Source of the DNA: Octopus bimaculoides
Taxonomy: Eukaryota
Reading direction: 5' to 3'
Length of the DNA stretch: 39,817 nucleotides
NCBI RefSeq assembly: GCF_001194135.2
Contig: NC_068987.1
Span: 48,326,742 to 48,366,558, forward strand
The position numbers were made by a program, and so were the translations under genes. This document shows, piece after piece, positions 11,307 to 23,228 of the stretch; position 1 is the stretch's first letter, and every line of letters starts with the position of its first letter. A model generated the notes under the pieces. It was given only the letters and a program-made list of their open reading frames with translations. It had not been told where the DNA came from and made no database searches.

Positions 11307-11464
11307 TTTAAAACTGGACACCTCAATTACATCCAAATTCTACTTGATAATTTCATTTCTAGTTTACAAATCAACATACAACCAATCCTTTTTCTACAAG
11401 TACTAAATAGATTATTTACTCTCACTAACCACAGACATTTATAATGCTTTTTCTTCTACTACAG

Positions 11465-11491
11465 CTGCTACTTAGTTTTCTTGTATGTGCA
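11465..11491 (+). CDS. Candidate 27-nt microexon
   Basis: It has a branch-like CACTAAC at 11423, the acceptor CTTTTTCTTCTACTACAG and the donor GCA/GTAAGA. The length is frame-preserving. Confidence 0.3.
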
Positions 11492-11984
11492 GTAAGAGGT
11501 TTGATGTCACTGGGATCAAGTTTTCAGGCACCTGTCTTATTATTAATCAAAGTTATTTATTCATAGTTTCTGGATACCTCTGACAGTTCAATACATATAT
11601 ATTTTTTCTCTGAAGCATTTGGTAGAGGTGCATTGTTTCTTTGGTGCAGGCATGTCTGTGAGGTTAAGAAGTTTGCTTTGCAGACACATGGTTTCAGGCT
11701 CAATTCCTTGCATAGCACTTTAGGTAAGTGTCTTCATTATAGCATTGGGCTGACCAATGCCTTGTGAGTAAATTTGGTAGATGGAAACTATATGGAAGCC
11801 TATCATTATGTATGTGTGTGCCTGCCTTTGTGTTTGTCCCTCCACCATTTGACAACTGGTGTTAGTTTGTTTATGTTCATATGTTTATCTATGTTCAAGG
11901 GAACTTGTGGCAATTTGCCGTGCTTGAGAAGACACATTAAGCTAAGTAAAATTGTAGCCATCCACACATATAGGTATGCCCTTT

Positions 11985-12273
11985 ATGGCCATGCCCCACT
12001 CCCTCTCCCAGCTGACAGGTCTTTGTCTTGCACATGCTGGTGCCATGTAAGATGCACTTGTCAGTTTCATGTAAAAATGTACCCATGCTGGTGGCATGTA
12101 AAAAGCACCCACGACACTCTGTAAAGTGGTTGGCATTAGGAAAAGCATGCAGCCATTGAAACCATGCCAAAGCAGACAATTGGAGTCTAGACAGCTCTCC
12201 AGCTGACCAGTTCCTGTCAAACTGTCCAATCCATACCAGAATGTAAAATGGACATTAAATGATGATGATGATG
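11985..12273 (+). mobile_element. RTE-tail repeat with three short UTR repeat units
   Basis: Units of the form GGTGCCATGTAAGATGCAC / GGTGGCATGTAAAAAGCACC are followed by the RTE terminal sequence and (GAT)n. Confidence 0.8.
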
Positions 12274-12286
12274 AGTTTGTGTATTC

Positions 12287-12437
12287 GCTGTGTGGTAAGA
12301 TGTTTGCTTCCAAACCACATGACTCCAGGTTTAGTCCCACTGCTTAGCATTTTGGGCAAGTGTCCTCTATTATAGCATTGGGTTGACCAATGCCTTGTGA
12401 GTGAATTCGGTAAATGGAAACTGAGTGGAAGCCTAAC

Positions 12438-12493
<56 letters not shown>

Positions 12494-12710
12494 CCTGCGT
12501 TTGTGTTTGTCCCTCCACCACTTGACAACTAGCGTTAGTTTGTTTATGTCCATATGATGCTAATTTCACAAAGGAGACCAATAACATAAGTACCATACTT
12601 AAAAAATGTACTAAAATAAGCACTAGAGTTGGTTTCTTTGCCTAAAATCTTCAAGATGGTGGCTTAGCACGGCCACAGTTCAATGACTTAATCAAGTTAA
12701 AGATAAAAGA
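12287..12710 (+). mobile_element. Abundant tRNA/CORE-like SINE, tail type A (internal (TG)n). Other copies or fragments: 2190-2385+, 6440-6565-, 11645-11895+, 16215-16335-, 20678-21044-, 21870-22030-, 23835-24000-, 26150-26300-
   Basis: It reads GCTGTGTGGTAAGA..TTGCTTCC.AACCACATG..GGTT.AGTCCCACTG...TTGGGCAAGTGTC.TCTA.TATAGC...GACCAA.GCCTTGTGAGTG.ATT.GGTA.A.GGAAACTG. The TTGGGCAAGT segment resembles the CORE-SINE domain. Confidence 0.85.
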
Positions 12711-13423
12711 TTTAACTCAATGTGTCACTGCTTTTGAAGAACATTTATTGAGAAATATGATAAAAATAATTTAACAAAAAGCAAAAAAACAAAAGATTGC
12801 TTAAAGGAGAAACTGTAAACAACATGTCATTCTTATTTAAGGATATGAAGTAAATCATGATACCACCAAAGTAGTTAAGGCTGAATTGTTGTATAGGACT
12901 ATTGACTAAGATCACAACAAAAGTCTTTAAGGTCTACGACATATTACAAAGCCACCCCATTGTCTAACAAAGTCCTCCTTTGTACCAAGAGGAAATGCAT
13001 TGATGATGATGAAAATAATGATGATGATGATAACCAATATAGTATACTAATAGAGGTTAGAGTTAATGGAGCACTTAGCTTTGTTCTTTGTTGAAATCTG
13101 GTTCTAACTGCTTCTAGTTAAAGAACAGCAGTAGCAACTGCTGCAGTGATGTTTAAAGTTGGTTATTATACACACCACAGGGTTACCTACCTGGTCTTCA
13201 GAATAGCTTTCTTTGTCATCACAAAACAACGTTCTTCACTGACAAAATATCCAGTCAACAGTAGTGATGACACTGTTTTTAACTGTGACATCCATATTGT
13301 GTTAATATTTTACCAGCTGCAAACTAGTGCAGACAAATTTAGTTGGCTGTGTTTACCAAGAGACAACCATTAAATCATATGATCAATATATAAAGTTGTT
13401 TCAAGTGTCTGTAGACATTGTAA

Positions 13424-13461
<38 letters not shown>

Positions 13462-13630
13462 GTGTACAAAACTACACAAACACACACACCCATATATGTA
13501 TACAGGGTGCGATAAATAGATTGTCATCAAAATTACGCAAAAATGAATATAACACTGACATCTTATTTTAACAGATATATTTACCAAAATTACATAAAAA
13601 TATTAAAATATTTTGGAATACTAAGGAGTC

Positions 13631-13773
13631 ATTTTTTTATTCTCTCTCTGTTTATTTTGTCATATTCCTTTCTGTTGAAAAGTGTAGGCTTGAAATGTAG
13701 AAGACTTTTTCACATTCCCGAGCGTCAAACTAATACACCTGTCTTCGTTTTTTGCCTTTCTGTAAATTTTAAC
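13631..13773 (+). mobile_element. Solo Penelope-type pseudo-LTR
   Basis: It aligns with 17205-17362 (TTCCTTTCTGTTGAA..GTAGGCTTGAAA..AAGACTTT..GAGCGTCAAACTAA.ACACCTG...CTTTCTGTAAAT..AACTATATA) and also ends in (TA)n. Confidence 0.75.
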
Positions 13774-13778
13774 TATAT

Positions 13779-13856
<78 letters not shown>

Positions 13857-13885
13857 ACATATAGATATATACATATATATATATC
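13774..13885. repeat. (TA)n-dominated microsatellite. Other simple repeats: (TG)n 12440-12487 and 13428-13464, (CAT)n 15591-15625, (TA)n 17363-17392, (CA)n 18122-18176, (TAT)n 25083-25121
   Basis: Read directly from the sequence. Confidence 0.95.
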
Positions 13886-13886
13886 C

Positions 13887-14131
13887 TTGAAATCTCAAAG
13901 CTATAGATTAATTCAAATCAATGTAAATGAATATGTATTACATTTGACAGAGTAATTTGAATGCTAAGGAATTCATTTTTTAAATAATAAAGAATTTAGT
14001 AAAGCAGCTTTCCTTTATTAAGCTGGTATTGGAAGATTTTAATGATAGATTTTTACTTAGATCATTTTAAACAAGAATTTTGTACCATGGAGCCAGGAAT
14101 GGTATCAGATAGGTTGGTATCAAAAAGGTTA
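13887..14131. mobile_element. Abutting MITE fragments: family A 3' part (+, 13887-13972) and family B (-, 13975-14131)
   Basis: The first part aligns to 25985-26084. The second aligns to the reverse complement of 30405-30560 and ends GGTATCAAAAAGGTTAA. Confidence 0.7.
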
Positions 14132-15590
14132 AGATAGTAACTGGCTCCTTCAGTGTTTGTGTACTGACAACTACAAAGTGAATTACACCATAACGACCCA
14201 TCTAACCCTAACCATTATGGGAAGAAGACATAAAATGAGATGACAATGGTGATGACAATTTTAGGGAATTCACAAAAGTCAAACATGAATACAAAATATT
14301 AAAACCTCTAATATGATGTAGATTCTAGCCAATCAAAAGTTGTGACCTTATATATAAGCACCTAGAGACAAGAATGACGACTTTGTTGAATAAGAAAGGA
14401 AAAAGCAGAAACAATTCAATACTTTGCAAATAATGTTATCAATAGTGCAGTATTTATAGCAAGTAAGCAAACAGCTTTTGACTCAAGTGCAAAAGATTAG
14501 AAAGATTCAAGTATAAAAGCTGCTCTATTAATGGAACACATGCAGTCATAGTGAGTATTGCCAACATTGTCATCACCATTGGTAACATTTGTTTTTCTGT
14601 TGTTATAAGTATATGGTAGACTTTCTTCAACCCTCTTCTACAATATTAACCATAAAGCTTAACATTCTAAGACATTATGTGGGTTTTCTCTAGCTTTGAC
14701 AATTTAGTGCTAATATTTTTCCAAGACGTTTACTTACAGGATACAGAACACAGTTTTATGAAAATTATTTTCAAAGTTTGATTCTACACTGCTTTTTTTT
14801 TTTTTTATCCAGGGATAATAAAACAAGCCCAGTATTGCTGCTTTTATTTTTTTTTAAGTTTCACTCATTGGTCTACAGTATACAGAGACAATGACTTCAA
14901 GCATTTTTCAGTTAATTATTACCAACCCTAGGACCTATTTTATTAATCTCTTTGTATGGTAAAGCAAGGTAAGGTTAGCACATTTAAAGCAACAAACACA
15001 TCATCATCATTCAATGTCCACTTTTCCATGCCCGCATGGGTAAGACAGAATATATTGAGGCCAATTTTCTATGGCTGGATGTCCTTCCTGTACCAACCTC
15101 ATTTCCAGGAAAGGTAATTTTCCTATAGCAAGACATGTGTTCATGGAAGTCTAGAAATGAATATCTCTTCTATAATGGATGATGCTTATTTATAACCATC
15201 ACATGATATTGAGACAAAGAATTCACACAAAAATATGCATGCATGCCCATAAATACATACATACATCATAATCATCATCACTTAACATCCGTTGTCCATG
15301 CTGGCATGGGTTGGACAGTTTGACCTGGGCTGGTAAGCTGAGGATTTGCACCAGACTCCAATCATACATATGTGTGTGTGTGTATGTGTGTGTCATTCTT
15401 ATACAAGAATGTTCTTGGCAGTGACTTCAAAGTTCAGCTAGCTAAGCCATTGTTGGAAACTTTGAAGTCACTGTCAATATTCTTGTATAAGAATAATAAA
15501 TTTGTACTCTACAAAAGTATAGAGTAATCCATCAGATTAATGTAAAATTGTTTTTATTATAACTGAACATAAAAACAAACACTAATGTAT

Positions 15591-15626
<36 letters not shown>

Positions 15627-16205
15627 GTTTAACGTCCGCTTTCCATGCTAGCATGGGTTGGACGATTTGACTGAGGACTGGTGCAACCGGATGGCTACAC
15701 CAGGCTCCAATCTAATTTGGCAGAGTTTCTACAGCTGGATGCCCTTCCTAACGCCAACCACTCAGAGAGTGTAGTGGGTGCTTTTACGTGTCACCCGCAC
15801 GAAAACGGCCACGCTCAAAATGGTGTNNNNNNNNNNNNNNNNNNNNNNNNNNNNNNNNNNNNNNNNNNNNNNNNNNNNNNNNNNNNNNNNNNNNNNNNNN
15901 NNNNNNNNNNNNNNNNNNNNNNNNNNNNNNNNNNNNNNNNNNNNNNNNNNNNNNNNNNNNNNNNNNNNNNNACTGGCAACGATCTCGCTCGAAAACCCTA
16001 CAAGGCCAATCAGGCGGTACTGGCAACGGTCACGCTCAGGATGGTACATCTTATGTGCCACCCGCACAAGAGCCAGTCCAGGGGCACTGGCAACGATCTC
16101 ACTTGGCTTGCCGGGTCTTCTCACGCACAGCACATTTCCAAAGGTCTCGGTCAGTAGTCATCGCCTCGGTGAGGCCCAATGTTCGAAGGTCTTGCCTCAC
16201 CACCT
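15591..16205 (-). mobile_element. 5'-truncated young RTE LINE copy (last ~35 codons of ORF2, tandem-repeat 3' UTR, (GAT)n tail)
   Basis: 16205-16099 on the minus strand reads VVRQDLRTLGLTEAMTTDRDLWKCAVREKTRQAK*, continuing the DEVVKHD end of the 39.2-kb copy. 15591-15826 is near-identical to 37874-38100. Gap 15827-15971 lies inside the UTR repeats. Confidence 0.9.
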
Positions 16206-16839
16206 ATATATATACCTAACCTTTTTTTAGTTTCCATTTTCCAAATCTACTCGTAAAGCTTTTAGGGTTATAGTAGAAGACACCCAAGGTGCTGTGTTGT
16301 GGGAAGCAAGTGTCTTAACTACACAGCTACACCTGCACCATAAACACGTGTGTGCGTATTTACATCTAAATATATATGAGAGTTGGTGTGTGTGTGTAAA
16401 GTTCTTAGTAGTAATATACAGAGTAGTATATTAATAATAATTGCTTCAAGTTTTGGCACATGGTTAGCAATTTTAGTGGGAGGAGCTCAATTAATTACAA
16501 TTTGACTCAAGTACTAAACTGATACTATATTTTACTAACTCCCAAAAGAAGAAAAGGCAAAGATGACCTTGGCAGTATTTGAACTCAGAATATATAAAGC
16601 CAGAAGAAAAGCTGCTAAGCACTGTGTCCAACGTAATTATGATTCTAGCAGAAGTAATGAAGGTACTATTTCTTAGTTTATACATATATCCAAACATACA
16701 TATATAAATATACATAAATACACACACGCGCGCGCGCGCGCCTTCATTACTGATAATCTTCAGAAGTTACAGAATGATTCAAGGGCTGACAGGTTTGTGC
16801 ATTGACATTTTTCAAATTCTTATGATTATTAATAAAACT

Positions 16840-17359
16840 GACACCCTGGTCTCGCGTCATTTCCACTCTACCAGTCATTCACTACAACACATGTCTGTGT
16901 TCGGATTGTCTTTGCACAGGGCCATCTGGACTCCTGTTTTTGCCATGTACAGGAATTAATCTTCTCTTCGGTCCTCTGTGCCACCTGGTCCTCCTCTCCT
17001 CTCTTCACCTGACACCTACTTCCTTTCTTCACTCCCACCCACCTTTTCTCTTCATTGATACCCCTCCACCCCACCCACACCNNNNNNNNNNTCGTTTTGG
17101 GATCACCAATACTTTACTATCTCCTCTTCTTTCTACCTCTCCTGTCAAACCTATTTTTTTCAACCAGTCACCATGCTTGACTACTAAATCCACAAGTTTT
17201 TTCATATTCTCTCTCTCTGTTAATTTTCTCTTATTCCTTTCTGTTGAAGAGCATAGGCTTGAAACATAAAAGACTTTCTCGCTTTTCTGAGCGTCAAACT
17301 AACACACCTGCTTGTTGTTCATAGGACCTGTCTTTGTCTTTTGTCTTTCTGTAAATATC

Positions 17360-17362
<3 letters not shown>
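16840..17362 (+). mobile_element. Penelope-like element fragment: GIY-YIG C-terminus plus pseudo-LTR
   Basis: It reads LVSRHFHSTSHSLQHMSVFGLSLHR, then after a frameshift GHLDSCFCHVQELIFS. This fits the PLE endonuclease end (RHFxxxxHS...ExxLIFxLxTLxP). A TC-rich tract follows, with a TGAAGAG..GAAAC motif typical of pLTRs, ending at (TA)n. Confidence 0.75.
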
Positions 17363-17395
<33 letters not shown>

Positions 17396-18121
17396 GTAAA
17401 AAGGCCCTTTGTTTTTAACAGTTATTTTNNNNNNNNNNNNNNNNNNNNNNNNNNNNNNNNNNNNNNNNNNNNNNNNNNNNNNNNNNNNNNNNNNNNNNNN
17501 NNNNNNNNNNNNNNNNNNNNNNNNNNNNNNNNNNNNNNNNNNNNNNNNNNNNNNNNNNNNNNNNNNNNNNNNNNNNNNNNNNNNNNNNNNNNNNNNNNNN
17601 NNNNNNNNNNNNNNNNNNNNNNNNNNNNNNNNNNNNNNNNNNNNNNNNNNNNNNNNNNNNNNNNNNNNNNNNNNNNNNNNNNNNNNNNNNNNNNNNNNNN
17701 NNNNNNNNNNNNNNNNNNNNNNNNNNNNNNNNNNNNNNNNNNNNNNNNNNNNNNNNNNNNNNNNNNNNNNNNNNNNNNNNNNNNNNNNNNNNNNNNNNNN
17801 NNNNNNNNNNNNNNNNNNNNNNNNNNNNNNNNNNNNNNNNNNNNNNNNNNNNNNNNNNNNNNNNNNNNNNNNNNNNNNNNNNNNNNNNNNNNNNNNNNNN
17901 NNNNNNNNNNNNNNNNNNNNNNNNNNNNNNNNNNNNNNNNNNNNNNNNNNNNNNNNNNNNNNNNNNNNNNNNNNNNNNNNNNNNNNNNNNNNNNNNNNNN
18001 NNNNNNNNNNNNNNNNNNNNNNNNNNNNNNNNNNNNNNNNNNNNNNNNNNNNNNNNNNNNNNNNNNNNNNNNNNNNNNNNNNNNNNNNNNNNNNNNNNNN
18101 NNNNNNNNNNNNNNNNNNNNN

Positions 18122-18180
<59 letters not shown>

Positions 18181-18699
18181 TTTATCTAAACTGAAAGAAA
18201 ATCTGTCCAACAAAAACTAATAACTATCAATACTACAGTCATGAAATAAAATAGGTCACAGTAATAAACCTTTATAGGGTAACAGATCTGAAACTATTAA
18301 AACACCATGTATCAAGCAATCATGTTTTTTTATACCATTTTATATCTAGATTGGTGTCACCTTAAATTCAGATGTTAAAAACAAAACTACACTCCCTTTA
18401 GTTTTTCTGAAATGACTTTATTGCTAGAATATCATTGTATATGGATTATTTTACAGTTGAACTCATGGCTGCCTTTTTAGTGTACAGTTTAACCCATTTA
18501 AGAAAAGATTAGAAATAAAACTGGTGTGAAACAATAGCAACCAGAGTTTGACATTGACATACCCTTTCTTACACTGACACATTCATTTAGAAATATTACC
18601 ATTGCATGAGAACCACAAAAACACCCAGCAGACTGAAATGAATAGAAGAGCAAAACCTTAATTAAAGAGAATGTGTCATAACTAAGATTATGATGTATT

Positions 18700-19590
18700 G
18701 TCTTTTACTAAACCTTAACACCACTCTTTTCAAGCAACCCTAGCCAATCTCTACAGTTGTCACCTACTTTTCCCTACATAGCCACCTATCATCCCTTGAC
18801 ACTTGTTCTTCACTCATTATATTCACCCCTTCTCTTATTCTCCATTTCTTACTTTCTTACATACATTTGCAATCTCTACCCACCTACACTCCCAGTCCTT
18901 TTGTTTCTGCTCACCTCTACTCATTCATAATTTGAGGATTCATCCAGACACTTCATCCTCACTATTTTCATCTATTATTATAATTTTTTACCATCTCTAT
19001 TTCATCACTCTCACCCTCTTTTCTAAAATATGAGTAGTTATGTAGCTCATCTACAGCAAGAAATTTGTTCTGCTCTGCCCTCTCTCATACTTTAACCCCT
19101 CAGCTCATAGCATAACCCTTTAGCATTTATTTAAACCACCCATATCCGGCCAAAATATTCTTCCTGTTTTATGTTCAAACCAGCCAGATCTGGCCTCTCG
19201 CCTACCTTGCAATATCCTGCTACATATAAACAATCACATCATTGAAATCTCAAAGAAATGAGTTAATGCATATTAAATTAAAACAATGTGAATAAATAAG
19301 CATTTGAAAGAGTAATCTGAAAGCTAAAGGGATAAAGCACCTTACTTAGGGTTTGTAGTCTTGCAAGCTGCATGGCAACCTCACTAGTAATGATGGCATG
19401 AAAAAAGTACACAGTGCATGTTGTAAAGTGGCTGGCATTAAGGAGGGCATCCAGTTATAGAAACCATGTCAAAGTAGACACTGGATCATAATGCAGTTCT
19501 TGGATCCATTGGATCCTGTCAAACCATCCAACCTATACTAGCATGGAACATAGACATTAAATGATGATGATGATGAAGATGATGATGAAT
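18700..19590 (+). mobile_element. Long RTE-tail repeat interrupted by a piggyBac-type MITE at 19116-19331
   Basis: The sequences either side of the MITE join into the same body as 7960-8285. It ends GCATGGAACATAGACATTAAATGATGATGATGATG. Confidence 0.7.
19116..19331 (+). mobile_element. piggyBac-type MITE, family A
   Basis: The TIRs are CCCTTTAGC...GCTAAAGGG, flanked on both sides by ATAA. Confidence 0.85.
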
Positions 19591-21371
19591 GGAATCCAAA
19601 GCACGATTAGAAGGGATAACCACTCAAAAACATGTTCAAAAGAAATATTCTGATGCACCAAAAACTTTATGTAGATCTGGTACACTTAGATCTTATCTAC
19701 AACGAAGAGTTAAACCAGCTAGGAGGATAAAACTAATCCCCAATGATGAATTAGCAAGCTAGCTGGGAACTGAGAGAGCATGCTGCATTGTTTGTTATTC
19801 TTTGTTTCAAAATACTGCTATGCAGTCCACCTAGGCAGCATTAATCTCTAAAAGAAAAAAAATCTATACATATTTCAATGGTATTATCTCCTTAGTTACA
19901 GATGAACATTCAATATTGTTTTCCTTTTGTAATATCCTAAACAAATATAAAAAATAATTATCACATAGGATAGCTGAAAATAAACATCTTTATATTTATT
20001 GATCATGGAAAATCAGCATAATCATCAAAATCCAGATTATATATCTGACACCACTGATGATCAATCAAGATAGTTGAATCAACTGTTTTAAAGCTTAAGT
20101 CAACAATATATTATTTCACTTTATAACAAATATACAAGATTAAAACAGGAGACAAAAATAAATAGGTGTAAAAAAAATGCAACAAGCTGTGACCAGGTAG
20201 TTTACTCAGAATGAGAATATAGAACTCCATGTTTATAAGAGGCGTAAATAGTAGTTCATATTCCACTTCAAATATTATTCTTAGATAAGACTCTTAACTC
20301 TACAAACATCAGTTAACTAACTAAATTGATAAATACTTGTGTATATAGGTAATAAACTCATAGCAAGTTTCAAAAGTATAGGTTCCATAAATAGCACGAA
20401 AAAAAAAGTGAGAGAGAGAGAGAGAGTGTAAAGTTGATTAAAATATTAATTAACATCAATTGGCAATTTCAGCAGCAGACCTGCCAATTTTTATTATAAT
20501 ACAAAAATAAACACACACGCGCACGCACACACACACACACACACACCATCATCCATCTGTTTATGGATCCATATGCTTATAGAAATATGATAGAATGTAG
20601 GGTATAAACAGAAGGTGGATGGTTGTCTGTTATTTCTTAGTATTGGACTTAATATTTCTTTTCTTTCAAAGAATTTATCTTTATCTTCTACTTGTTTCAG
20701 ACATTAGACTATCGCCAAACCGAGATATTGCCTTGAAGAGTTTTAGTTGAACGAATCGCCCCCAGTACTTTTTTTTTTTATCTTAAGCCTGATACTTATT
20801 ATTTTGGTCTTTTTCTGCTGTAACCACACTAATACCAGTTGTCAAGTGGGTGGGAGACAAACATAGACACAAAGCCACACATACATATATAATGGGCTTC
20901 TTTCAGTTTTCATCTACCAAATCCACTCACATGGCTTAAGTTGGCCCAACACTATAGTAGAAGACACTTGCCCAAGGTACTACACAGTGGGACTGAACAC
21001 AGAACCATGTGGTAAAAAAGCAAACACCTAACCACACAGCCACCAAAATCATTTTTTTTTTTTGTGATGGGAGGGTAATGTAATAAAATAATAATAGGAA
21101 TATATTTCCAAGTATTCATCACATTCTGACAATTTTCTAGTTATATGGTTGGTTCTCTTCTCTTGTTCTTTTTTTCATTCTCTGTCAATCAGCTATTTTT
21201 AGAACATCAACATTTTCTGTATATATTTTATGCTAGCATTAGCATAAAAACCAGAAAACTTTATCTGAGTCATGAATACAATGCACTGCTGTTGACAGGA
21301 TATGAACTACTGATTTACCTGCTAGTTGTTTACTACCCAATCAACTTGGTCTTCTAATTTCACCTTTGCAG

Positions 21372-21453
21372 GTATTCCCAATACAAAATCACTATACAGA
21401 CTCCATTGTGGGCTATCTTCAGTCAAACAGTTAATCGGAAGAATGAACCCTTG
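21372..21453 (+). CDS. Candidate 82-nt coding exon of an unidentified host gene
   Basis: The acceptor is CTAATTTCACCTTTGCAG and the donor is TTG/GTAAAT. Two frames are open (YSQYKITIQTPLWAIFSQTVNRKNEPL or IPNTKSLYRLHCGLSSVKQLIGRMNP). It is non-repetitive and followed by an AT-rich 103-nt GT-AG interval. No protein family was recognised. Confidence 0.4.
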
Positions 21454-22769
21454 GTAAATTATCTTTATGGATTAAAGGGTTCCACTAATTCAAATACTCT
21501 GACTTTGTATTTATATTAAATACAGTATTGAGTTTTGCTTCTGTCAAATCCTGTAGAGACCAAATTTTCCATTATTCCCTCCAAGCATGTACAGAATTGA
21601 TTGGATCAATAATACCCATCTCACTTGAAAACTGCGACCAAAACAGAAGAAAAACTCTGATTTTGTCCAACTGCAATTAGCTATTTGAAGGGAATGTGTG
21701 GCAATGTGGTAACAGAGAGAGTGTAGTTGTTCTTTCATTAAATTAACATGGCAGCGGTGGCAGAGTGTTCCACAGTTCCAGTATCCTTAGCATAATTCTG
21801 TTTCATGCAAAATCACTATGATACAGTGTAACTGGGTGAACCTTTGCATCACAGGTACAACCCATCATATAAGCTTCTGCATAGTTTCAGTCTGCCCAGT
21901 TTAACTCACAAGGCTTGAGTTCATTTAAGGCTATAAGCAGAAGACACTTGATTGAAAAGCTATGCAGTAGAGATCAAACGTGAAACCTCATGATTGCAAA
22001 GCAAATTTGTTTAACCATTCAGCCATGCTTGTGATAGATAGAAAATAAACTAGTGGACAGTTAAGAAACTAATAATGCTACAGAGTCAGTGACAATCAGA
22101 CAGATGAGCCAAAACGCACCAAGAAAAGTCACATAACAGACTTACTAACAAAAAAAAAGCAACAAAAAAAAAACCCCAAGTAAAAGAAAAGGTAGCGGTG
22201 GTGTTGAGATTATTAACAATACAATGATAAGCAAATGTCCGTTTTGATTCTATATAACTGGTAATGAGTAACTAGTACTTAAACTTATTTTTAGCCAGAG
22301 GAAGTATATCTATCACAGCAGATAAAAGAATACAGCCAATATGAAGGGGTGTCAACACATATGCACACAAATAAATGAACCAGATAATGAAATACATAAT
22401 TGAAAAATACAATCAATAGATGACTGTACATACATATACTTCACTAAGTGCTGCTTTGTGCACCTCCAGTTAATTCAATCCAGCTGGGCCAAGTTTTATG
22501 CATATCAACAAATGTACTATTTGTTGTTCTTATATATATATATATATATATAAGATCATCTGTTTTATAAGGCTGTGAAAGACTGATTTGCTATTCGTAA
22601 TTGATGAAGTATAATGATAGAGAAATAAATGCATCCAACAATTCAAAGACATCCTTCATAGCCCACATAATGTCTATGAAAACAATTTTCTCCTTAGACT
22701 ATTTCTGCATATATATATTNNNNNNNNNNNNNNNNNNNNNNNNNNNNNNNNNNNNNNNNNNNNTATATA

Positions 22770-23190
22770 GGTGCAGGCATGACTATGTAGTAAGAAGTTT
22801 GCTTTCAAACAACGTAGTTTCAGTTCCACTACACTGCACCTTGGGCAAGTGCCTTCTCCTATAGCCCTAGGTTGACTAAAGCCTCACAAGTAAATTTGGT
22901 AGATAGAGACTGAAAGAAAACTGTTGTGTGTGTGTGTGTATATATATATGTGTGTGTGTGTGTGTGTATGTATGTGTTTGTGAGGGTGTGTATGCTTGTG
23001 TGTGTTTCTCCTTGTCTTGACATTGAGTGATAGTTGTAAATAAGTGTCACGATCATACAAGCAGTACTATTTATTTTCAATATTCTGTGAAAACATAGGG
23101 AAATATTAACTTGCTTAGAAGCAGGAAAGGCTTCTGGCCATAGAAAATCTACATCAATAAACTCTGTCTGACAGTATGTTACGATGATGA
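22770..23190 (+). mobile_element. Same SINE head with tail type B ending in the RTE terminal sequence. Other copies: 5762-6172-, 8843-9084-, tail only 15000-15240-
   Basis: The head matches the 12287 SINE. After (TG)n the body differs (GACATTG.GTGATAGTTGTAAA...GGCCATAGAAAATCT.C.TCAA.AAA.TCTGTCTGAC). The minus-strand copies end in the same CCATGC..GCATGG..AA.TGGAC..TAAA.GATGAT terminus as the RTE LINE. Confidence 0.8.
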
Positions 23191-23228
23191 CACATGTACA
23201 TACATACATACATACATATATAATTGCA

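Noticed and set aside
13191-13316. Minus-strand segment with good acceptor and donor
   Set aside because: All three frames from the acceptor hit stops early. A shorter internal version does not phase with the other candidates.
13501-13600. TA-CAGGGTG start resembling a Tc1/mariner TIR
   Set aside because: No matching opposite TIR was found.
21544-21738. Minus-strand ORF ending FQVRWVLLIQSILYMLGGNNGKFGLYRI (WD40-end-like), or FSSEMGIIDP (chaperonin-like) in another frame
   Set aside because: The resemblances are only a few residues long. There are no supporting neighbouring exons, and it overlaps the plus-strand candidate exon.
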